A stretch of DNA of 12,583 bases, from assembly GCA_041739675.1 (NCBI GenBank), contig JBGSNL010000054.1, positions 1 to 12,583 of the forward strand. The letters run 5' to 3'. Shown here piece by piece: positions 6,261-12,583 of the stretch. Each line of letters starts with the position of its first letter. The stretch's first letter is position 1. This DNA comes from a bacterium (lineage in GTDB: Bacteria; UBA10199; 2-02-FULL-44-16; DYJF01). The notes beneath the pieces are model-generated. The model was not told where the DNA came from. It made no database searches and was given only the letters and a program-made list of their open reading frames with translations. The translations under genes and the position numbers were made by a program.

Positions 6261-6601
6261 CCGGCAAAAAACTCCTCCAGCCGCTGTCTCGCCGCTTCGG
6301 AGAGCCCCACGAAGCGGATGCCCATTCCCTGCACAACCTGCGAACCTGGCTTGGTTATGCGGACCACTTCGCCCGTGAACTTGATGGGCCTTTTGTGAGG
6401 AGGAAGTGTTATCGAAAGGAACATCATTGTACCGATGCGAACAGGGATTGAAGAGGCCAGAAAAACACCACCCATGCTGATATCGAGGGATTTCACGTAA
6501 AAAAGACCGTCGCCGAACTCGTCTTCAAAAACGACGTCCGCCTCGAATCCCTTTCTAGAAAAAAGACGCCGCTCGGTAACGCTGTTGCTTTTCTTTTTCA
6601 T
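6257..6601 (-). CDS. Single-domain PilZ protein (114 aa)
   Basis: ERRLFSR (RxxxR), DISMGGVFL (DxSxxG), FTGEVVRI...GMGIRFVGLS. Start ATG 6601 overlaps the upstream stop (ATGA), so the 6727 start is unlikely. Confidence 0.9.
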   Translation of the reverse strand: MKKKSNSVTERRLFSRKGFEADVVFEDEFGDGLFYVKSLDISMGGVFLASSIPVRIGTMMFLSITLPPHKRPIKFTGEVVRITKPGSQVVQGMGIRFVGLSEAARQRLEEFFAG

Positions 6602-6975
6602 TTCGCTTTTTCCGCCACGCGTTCGACAAGCGCCAGCAAGTCGTCGGGATGAAACGGCCGCATGACCACAAAGGATTTCGGCAACTCTTTCAATTTTCTG
6701 ACCCACGCGTCTTCTTTCTCGCGGCATAAGAATAGCTTCGGTATCCTGGCAAGAGGCTCATCGTGACTGAAGCGCCCCAGGTATTCTTCAAATTTCTTGC
6801 CGAACGTGTTCGAATTGAAGATTGCGATGTCCACCCTGTCCCTTCTGAAAAACCACGGCCTCGCCTCCTCGTACCTTTTTGCCACAAGGAAGGTCGTTAC
6901 GACAGGGCCGAGCAGGAGCTTATACATATTCACGGCCAATAGCGACCTGTCGACGATGATAGCGCGAAAAATCAT
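6598..6975 (-). CDS. Atypical (pseudo-)receiver domain protein, CheY-like (125 aa)
   Basis: RAIIVD...VDIAIFN...RIPKLFLC...FVVMRPFHPDDLLALVERV follows the receiver beta/alpha pattern, but the phosphoacceptor position is Asn54. Start ATG 6975 preferred because of promoter position. Confidence 0.75.
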   Translation of the reverse strand: MIFRAIIVDRSLLAVNMYKLLLGPVVTTFLVAKRYEEARPWFFRRDRVDIAIFNSNTFGKKFEEYLGRFSHDEPLARIPKLFLCREKEDAWVRKLKELPKSFVVMRPFHPDDLLALVERVAEKAK

Positions 6976-6982
6976 TAGACCG

Positions 6983-7011
6983 ACCATACACAAGGGGACT
7001 TAAGTTGGCAA
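6983..7011 (-). promoter_or_regulatory. sigma70-type promoter (TTGCCA-17-TATGGT) for the receiver-PilZ pair, probably leaderless
   Basis: -35 at 7011-7006, -10 at 6988-6983, 17-bp spacer. There are 7 nt to ATG 6975, and no SD. Confidence 0.65.
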
Positions 7012-7027
7012 GATACCCAAATGATTC

Positions 7028-7056
7028 TTGACATTTTTTTGGCCTTCCCGTACCTT
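7028..7056 (+). promoter_or_regulatory. sigma70 promoter of pal (TTGACA-17-TACCTT)
   Basis: Perfect -35 at 7028-7033 and -10 at 7051-7056. SD AAGGAGG precedes ATG 7124. Confidence 0.7.
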
Positions 7057-7123
7057 CCAATTGATTTTATTGGGGGATTTCGTCCAAATAATATCGAAAC
7101 AACAACTTTTTTAAGGAGGGGGT

Positions 7124-7552
7124 ATGAGAAGATTTGGGCTGTTGATGTTAGCAGTAGGCTGTGCCTTCATGGTTTTCAGCTGCGCACAGCAGCAGAAGAA
7201 ACCGAAGGCCGCGAAGGAAACGAAGGGCCTGCAGAGAATCCACTTTGATTTCGACAGATCGAACATCAAGGCGGAATACGAGCCGGTTCTGAAGTCGAAT
7301 GCGGCATGGTTGCAGGACCACAAAGACACAAAGGTCACCATCGAGGGTCACTGCGACGAGCGCGGCTCGGAAGAGTATAATATCGCGCTTGGCGACCGCC
7401 GTGCGAATTCAGCCAAGGGATATATGAAGAACCTTGGCGTCTCGACTGATCGCATGAGCACCATCAGCTATGGCGAAGATCGCCCGCTGTGCAAAGAGCA
7501 CACCGAGAGCTGCTGGTGGCAGAATCGCCGCGACGAATTCGTAGCGAAGTAA
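7124..7552 (+). CDS. pal: Peptidoglycan-associated lipoprotein Pal (OmpA-like C-terminal domain)
   Basis: Lipobox VFSC, IHFDFDRSNI, IEGHCDERGSEEYNIALGDRRA, ISYGEDRP, NRR. Adjacent to cpoB. Confidence 0.95.
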   Translation: MRRFGLLMLAVGCAFMVFSCAQQQKKPKAAKETKGLQRIHFDFDRSNIKAEYEPVLKSNAAWLQDHKDTKVTIEGHCDERGSEEYNIALGDRRANSAKGYMKNLGVSTDRMSTISYGEDRPLCKEHTESCWWQNRRDEFVAK

Positions 7553-7574
7553 GGTTCGAGTATAAGGACATTTA

Positions 7575-7623
7575 AAAGACCACAGTGTACCCTTGTTAGG
7601 GATTGCACTGTGGTCTTTGTTTA
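7575..7623 (+). terminator. Long hairpin with U-rich tail between pal and cpoB (intrinsic terminator or mRNA stabiliser)
   Basis: AAAGACCACAGTG (7575-7587) pairs perfectly with CACTGTGGTCTTT (7606-7618). Inner CCCT/AGGG extension, and the stem ends in TTTGTTT. Confidence 0.75.
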
Positions 7624-7651
7624 TGTAATGGAAAAGCGAGGAGGAACTTTT

Positions 7652-8599
7652 ATGCGTCGCATTTTAATTGCATGTATCCTTTTCTGTATCGCTTCGCCAA
7701 CCCCAGTGCTGGCCAAGTCGGTCGACGAGCGGGTGGTCGATCTTGAAAACAGGGTCAATTCGATCCAGCAGACCTATCTCACCAACAATGCGGATATGGC
7801 CCGTGCAATCTCAAGGTCGGAATCTATTCAGGCCGATTTTGATGCGGTGAAGGGCGCGGTCGAGGCCAACGGCCATCTGCTCGATTCGCAAAGGCAGGAG
7901 CTCATGAGAATGATCCGCGATCTGGAGCAACGCGTTCAGGCCATCGAGGACCGCATGCAGATATTCGCAACACAAATTAATCAGGCGATCGGAAAGGTGA
8001 ACCCTGCGGCGGCGGAAGAGGGAAAAATATATCAGAGCGGCCTTGATAAAGCGGAGCGCGGCGAGTATTTGAACGCGGCGGCGGATTTTCAGACTTTTCT
8101 GAAAAAATATCCGAAGAGCTCGTTTGCGGCGTCGGCGCAGTACTGGACCGCCGAATGTTTCTATTCCATGAAGGATTATAAGCGCGCGATCAAGGAGTAT
8201 CAATTATATATCCAGACATACCCGAAACATGAGAAGGTCGCCTCGGCTCTCCTCAAACAGGGAAATTCCTTCTATGAGTTGGGTATGATCGAGGAGTCAA
8301 AACCGTTTTACGACAAAGTGATAAAAGAGTATCCAAGCTCGTCTGAGGCGGCGCAGGCAACCGCAAAAATGCAGCGACTTGGCCAGAAACAGGCGCCGGG
8401 CCAGTCCGGGCAATCTGTTGCCCGTCCCGTCCCCGGCGCGTCACAGCCCGTTGTTCCTTCCGCAGGATCGTACCCCACACAGACGATTCAGGAACAGAGG
8501 AGCAAATATTCCGAGCCGGCCCCTTCCGCCGACGCCCCAAAACAGACTCAGCCCGGCGCGCCCGCTCAAAAGAGGGATCAGCGGCTTAACGAGTTTTAA
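7652..8599 (+). CDS. cpoB: Tol-Pal system protein YbgF/CpoB (315 aa)
   Basis: Signal peptide, coiled-coil N-domain and TPRs (FLKKYPKSSFAASAQYWTAECFY; YPKHEKVASALLKQG; VIKEYPSSSEA). SD GAGGAGG before ATG 7652. Directly downstream of pal. Confidence 0.9.
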   Translation: MRRILIACILFCIASPTPVLAKSVDERVVDLENRVNSIQQTYLTNNADMARAISRSESIQADFDAVKGAVEANGHLLDSQRQELMRMIRDLEQRVQAIEDRMQIFATQINQAIGKVNPAAAEEGKIYQSGLDKAERGEYLNAAADFQTFLKKYPKSSFAASAQYWTAECFYSMKDYKRAIKEYQLYIQTYPKHEKVASALLKQGNSFYELGMIEESKPFYDKVIKEYPSSSEAAQATAKMQRLGQKQAPGQSGQSVARPVPGASQPVVPSAGSYPTQTIQEQRSKYSEPAPSADAPKQTQPGAPAQKRDQRLNEF

Positions 8600-8601
8600 T
8601 C

Positions 8602-9636
8602 ATGCTAGTTTTAGGAATCGAATCTTCGTGCGATGAGACCGCTGCCGCGGTGGTGAAAGACAGGCGTCTGCTCTCGAGCCTCGTCGCCACGCAGGACGAG
8701 GTCCACGCAAAATACGGCGGCGTGGTGCCCGAACTTGCCTCGCGCAGGCACATGGAAAGCGTTATACCGTTAACACGGGGCGCGCTTTCAAAGGCGGGCG
8801 TTTCGATCGGCGACGTGGACGGCATTGCCGTCACATGCGCGCCGGGGCTTTTGGGCTCCCTGCTCGTGGGCATCCAGTTTGCCAAGGGAATCGCCTTTGC
8901 CGCTGGAAAACCTATCATCGGAGTAAATCACCTTGAGGGACATTTGAACGCCGTAAGACTTGAAAGGGAGGATGTGCCCTACCCTCACATCGGGCTTCTG
9001 GTGTCGGGCGGACACACGAGCCTTTATCTTGTGAAAGGATTCGGAGAATATAAGCTCCTTGGCGCCACGCGCGACGACGCCGCGGGCGAAGCATTCGACA
9101 AAGTGGCAAAACTTTTGAATCTTGGTTACCCCGGCGGCCCGATCATCGACCGCCTCTCTGAAAAGGGAAATCCCAACGCATTCCGGTTCACGACCCCCAA
9201 GTTCGATCACAGCGCGAAGTTCGGCTCGGGAAATCCGCATCTCGATTTCAGCTTCAGCGGGATAAAGACAGCGGTGCTTCTGAATCACAGGGACCAGTCG
9301 GCGAAGGGCGCGGTGAGCGATCAATATGTCGCCGATCTTGTTTCCAGTTTTCAGGAAGCGGTCGTCAGATTTTTGACCGACCGGGCGATGGCCGCGGCAA
9401 ACCAGACGGGCGCGCGCGCGGTCGTGCTGGCGGGAGGCGTCGCGGCAAACCGGCACCTGAGAAAAAGACTCGAGCAAAGATGCGCCGAGGCGAATCTCGA
9501 ATGCTTTATTCCGTCTTTCGGATTGTGCACCGACAATGCGGCGATGGTCGCATATGTCGGAGCCAGACATCTGGAAAACGGCAGAAAATCGGATATGAGC
9601 CTTAATGCAGTGGCGAATCAGGAGATCGGCTTATAA
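8602..9636 (+). CDS. tsaD: tRNA N6-adenosine threonylcarbamoyltransferase
   Basis: LGIESSCDET, GGVVPELASRRH, NHLEGH, VSGGHT, DDAAGEAFDK, DFSFSGIKT, GGVAAN, CTDNAAM. Confidence 0.98.
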   Translation: MLVLGIESSCDETAAAVVKDRRLLSSLVATQDEVHAKYGGVVPELASRRHMESVIPLTRGALSKAGVSIGDVDGIAVTCAPGLLGSLLVGIQFAKGIAFAAGKPIIGVNHLEGHLNAVRLEREDVPYPHIGLLVSGGHTSLYLVKGFGEYKLLGATRDDAAGEAFDKVAKLLNLGYPGGPIIDRLSEKGNPNAFRFTTPKFDHSAKFGSGNPHLDFSFSGIKTAVLLNHRDQSAKGAVSDQYVADLVSSFQEAVVRFLTDRAMAAANQTGARAVVLAGGVAANRHLRKRLEQRCAEANLECFIPSFGLCTDNAAMVAYVGARHLENGRKSDMSLNAVANQEIGL

Positions 9637-9637
9637 G

Positions 9638-10477
9638 ATGAACGCACCATCCATCGAATCGCTTCTGAAAAAATATCATCTCCGGCCTAGAAAACAGCTG
9701 GGGCAGCATTTTCTCAATGCAGTGCCGACACTTGAAAAAATCGTCAACTCGCTGGGCATCAAACACACGGACGACGTGCTGGAAATCGGCGCCGGGCTGG
9801 GCGTCATGACGGTGATGCTGGCCGAACGCGCACACACAATATTCGCAATCGAGAAAGATAAATCGCTTGCGGCGATAATCGAAAAGGAATTCGGCCACAT
9901 CGGAAATATTAAACTCATCACGGCCGACATATTGAAAACAAATTTCAGGCGCGACCTCGACACGGCAAGGTTCCCCATCAAAGTGATCGGAAATATTCCG
10001 TACAATATTTCGACGCCGATACTTTTCAGACTGCTGGACAACAGGGCTCTTCTGCAGTGCGCGGTGCTGACGGTTCAGCAGGAGGTGGCGAAAAGGATCG
10101 TCGCCAGACCCAACACGAAGGATTACGGGATTCTCGCCATTCTTGCCCAGACGCAGGCAGACTGCAGAAAACTCTTCGATATAAGGCCCACCAATTTCAT
10201 TCCTCCGCCTGAGGTTCAATCTTCGGTGGTGCGCCTTGATTTTATTTCGACGGCAAATATGGGAATTGAAAATTACGGTCTTTTCCAGAAAATTGTGAAG
10301 GCGGCTTTCAATCAGCGGCGAAAAACTTTGCGAAACGCCCTTCAGGGCGCAAAGGGGCTTGGGATAAGCATGGAAGCGATCGACGCAGCCCTCTCCTTCT
10401 GCAAAATCGATCCGATGCGCCGCGCAGAGACCCTTCTCATCCCCGAATACATCGCTTTGGCAAATCAGTTGCGATGA
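9638..10477 (+). CDS. rsmA: 16S rRNA m6,2A1518/1519 dimethyltransferase (KsgA)
   Basis: KQLGQHFL, VLEIGAGLG, GNIPYNIST, QQEVAKRI, FIPPPEVQS, AFNQRRKTLRN, RAETL. ATG 9638 is 1 nt after the tsaD stop. Confidence 0.97.
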   Translation: MNAPSIESLLKKYHLRPRKQLGQHFLNAVPTLEKIVNSLGIKHTDDVLEIGAGLGVMTVMLAERAHTIFAIEKDKSLAAIIEKEFGHIGNIKLITADILKTNFRRDLDTARFPIKVIGNIPYNISTPILFRLLDNRALLQCAVLTVQQEVAKRIVARPNTKDYGILAILAQTQADCRKLFDIRPTNFIPPPEVQSSVVRLDFISTANMGIENYGLFQKIVKAAFNQRRKTLRNALQGAKGLGISMEAIDAALSFCKIDPMRRAETLLIPEYIALANQLR

Positions 10478-10494
10478 ACGAAGAGGGGATACTT

Positions 10495-11337
10495 CTATTT
10501 TAACAAACGGTTGTCTATGAGGCGGGTGGGGCCGACGAAGACCGCGATTGCCAAAAGCGCGGGAAGACGGAAGGATTTGAGGTCTTCCAGGGTTTCCGGG
10601 TCGCAAATTTTCACATAATCGATATGAACTTTTTTGGCGGCGAAAAGGGTGTCGCGGACCGCCTTGATAATCTCTTTGAGATCGCGGTTTTCCTTGCGCA
10701 CCATCACCTCGGCCTTGGCAAGAGATTGCGAGATTGAAAGAGCGGCCTTGCGGTCCTCTGCTGAAAGATACTTGTTTCGCGAGCTCATCGCGAGCCCGTC
10801 TTTTTCCCGCACGGTGGGCAGCCCCACAATTTCCACCGGCAGATTCAAATCCTTCACCATACGGTGGACCACGACCAGCTGCTGGTAATCCTTTTCTCCG
10901 AAGATCGCCACGCCGGGCATGACGATGTTAAAAAGTTTCAGAACAACGGTCGCAACACCGCGGAAATGTCCCGGCCTTGAAGCGCCGCAAAGATATTTCG
11001 TCGCCTCCTCGACCGTCACATACGTCTGATAACCCTTGGGATACATAACTTCGTCCGTCGGCAGAAAGACGGCGTCCGTTTTCAGTTCCCTGATTTTTTT
11101 GAGATCGTTTTCGATGTCGCGCGGATATCGTGATAAATCTTCACCGGGACCGAACTGCGCGGGATTCACGTAAATCGAGCAGACCAGCGTGTCTGCACGG
11201 TGCTTGGCTTCGCGGATAAGTGAAAGATGGCCTTCGTGGAGCGCGCCCATCGTCGGGACAAGAGCGATCGTGGCCCCTTTCTTGCGCCTTGCCTTCGACC
11301 ACTCCTGCATCTCCTCTGCCGTCTTGAATATTTCCAT
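10495..11337 (-). CDS. panC: Pantoate--beta-alanine ligase
   Basis: VPTMGALHEGH, RPGHFRGV, FGEKDYQQL, DGLAMSSRN, TRLIDN. Confidence 0.98.
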   Translation of the reverse strand: MEIFKTAEEMQEWSKARRKKGATIALVPTMGALHEGHLSLIREAKHRADTLVCSIYVNPAQFGPGEDLSRYPRDIENDLKKIRELKTDAVFLPTDEVMYPKGYQTYVTVEEATKYLCGASRPGHFRGVATVVLKLFNIVMPGVAIFGEKDYQQLVVVHRMVKDLNLPVEIVGLPTVREKDGLAMSSRNKYLSAEDRKAALSISQSLAKAEVMVRKENRDLKEIIKAVRDTLFAAKKVHIDYVKICDPETLEDLKSFRLPALLAIAVFVGPTRLIDNRLLK

Positions 11338-12146
11338 CAGCTCACCCTGTGGAAGGCGTGGCTATCTTTCGGGAACTGTCCCTTTTTCACTTCATCTATA
11401 TAAGTCTTGACCGCCTTTGTGATGAGCGAATGTCCGTCCATGAAGGTTTTCAGGAACGTGGGTTTGAATTCGGGGTTCATGCCCAAAAGATCGTAAATCA
11501 CGAGCACCTGACCGCTGCAGTGCGGGCCGGAGCCGATCCCTATCGTGGGGATCTTCACGGCATCAGTGACTTCTTTTGCAGTCTCAATCGCAACACCTTC
11601 AAGGACGATTGAAAAAGCGCCCGCATCTTCCATCGCTTTCGCCTCTCTTACAAGTTCGCCGGCCTCGGCAACTGTTTTTCCATGGATCTTGTATCCGCCC
11701 ATCCTGTGGATCGTCTGCGGTTTGAGCCCCAGATGGGCCATCACCGGAATGCCCGTCTGGGCGATCGTCTTTACAGTCTCCACCATCTCCATTCCGCCTT
11801 CGAGCTTCACCGCCTCGCAGAGCCCTTCTTTCAGGGCGCGCCCGGCTGCGAGCAGCGCCTGTGATTTTGAAACCTGATAACTCATGAACGGAAGATCGGC
11901 GATGACTATTGCCTGTTTCACTGTGCGTGTGACGCAGCTTGTGTGATAAATCACATCGTCAAGTTCGACCGGAATAGTGTTGTCCCTTCCCTGAATCACC
12001 TGCCCCAGCGAATCGCCCACCAGTATCATCTCCGCGCCCGCCTCGTCGATAATGCGCGCAAACGTTGCGTCATAGGCGGTAAGCATGGCGAGCTTTTCGC
12101 CGCGCTGCGATTTGCCTATGATACTGGGAATGGTCAGTTTCTTCAT
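11337..12146 (-). CDS. panB: 3-methyl-2-oxobutanoate hydroxymethyltransferase
   Basis: MLTAYDA, LVGDSLG, ADLPFMSY, VKLEGG, PTIGIGSG...GQVLV. Confidence 0.98.
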   Translation of the reverse strand: MKKLTIPSIIGKSQRGEKLAMLTAYDATFARIIDEAGAEMILVGDSLGQVIQGRDNTIPVELDDVIYHTSCVTRTVKQAIVIADLPFMSYQVSKSQALLAAGRALKEGLCEAVKLEGGMEMVETVKTIAQTGIPVMAHLGLKPQTIHRMGGYKIHGKTVAEAGELVREAKAMEDAGAFSIVLEGVAIETAKEVTDAVKIPTIGIGSGPHCSGQVLVIYDLLGMNPEFKPTFLKTFMDGHSLITKAVKTYIDEVKKGQFPKDSHAFHRVS

Positions 12147-12583
12147 CGTGAGATGAGGTGAACGGTTCCGCCGCGGTGGCTCAATATCTGCTTTTTGAGA
12201 TTTGCATAATCGCCGGGGTTGGCCAGATAGTCGGTGTTTGTCGCATCGACGACAAGCAGCGGCGTGTCCTTATAGTTGAGGAAAAATTTGTTATAAGCGT
12301 CGGTCAGATTGTCGAGGTAATCCTGACTTATCAAACGCTCGTATTCGACACCGCGTTTCTTGATGCGCGAAAGCAGTATCTTGGAATCGGCGCGCAGATA
12401 GATCACAAGATCCGGTTTGGGAAGGCGCGCATGCAAAAGCTGGAAGATCGTGTTGTAGAGAGTTTTTTCATCCTCGGAGAGATTGATGTCGGCGAAGATC
12501 GCGTCCTTGGCAAACGTGTAGTCGCATATGACGACCGGCTGGAAGAGATCATGCTGCTTTAACTCGATCTGCTGCTGATACCG
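12143..12583 (-). CDS. Deoxynucleoside kinase (dCK/dGK family), 5' end outside window
   Basis: Frame is open to the window edge: RYQQQIELKQHDLFQPVVICDYTFAKDAIFADINLSEDEKTLYNTIF...PKPDLVIYLRA...RIKKRGVEYE. Commonly found upstream of panB. ATGA overlap with panB. Confidence 0.92.
   Translation of the reverse strand, partial: RYQQQIELKQHDLFQPVVICDYTFAKDAIFADINLSEDEKTLYNTIFQLLHARLPKPDLVIYLRADSKILLSRIKKRGVEYERLISQDYLDNLTDAYNKFFLNYKDTPLLVVDATNTDYLANPGDYANLKKQILSHRGGTVHLISR

Noticed and set aside
6602..6727. Extended N-terminus of PilZ ORF
   Set aside because: Overlaps the receiver gene. The ATGA junction at 6598-6601 gives a better start.
10478..10494. Bidirectional terminator between rsmA and panC
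   Set aside because: Only 17 bp, with no convincing GC stem plus U tract.
8586..10606. Long antisense ORFs 8586..8918, 8788..9570, 9602..10606
   Set aside because: Shadows of the conserved tsaD and rsmA genes, with no protein family signal.

Overview
Gene-dense, chromosomal-looking bacterial window. I saw no mobile element, CRISPR array or RNA gene. Gene content suggests a deltaproteobacterium/Myxococcota-Bdellovibrionota-like diderm (inference). The right half is housekeeping: pal-cpoB(ybgF)-tsaD-rsmA on +, converging on a deoxynucleoside kinase (partial)-panB-panC operon on -. The left half is less characterised. It has a beta-CASP metallo-beta-lactamase RNase followed by a hypothetical gene missing from the ORF track (710 to <1), and a divergent secreted alkaline-phosphatase/NPP-superfamily enzyme with a 4-TM protein. 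It also has a four-gene + operon: an unannotated 54-aa TatA-like membrane peptide, a basic hypothetical protein, a PhaR-type regulator and a secreted Cys-protease/transglutaminase-like protein apparently lacking its His. A translationally coupled pseudo-receiver/PilZ pair lies on -. Notable non-coding structure: near-consensus sigma70 promoters that put the transcription start on the start codon (leaderless mRNAs), an 8-bp inverted repeat, a consensus IHF site, a 5x7-bp tandem repeat and a long pal-cpoB hairpin. I cannot prove a new system from sequence alone. The best candidates are the 4580-6260 operon and the pseudo-receiver/PilZ module.
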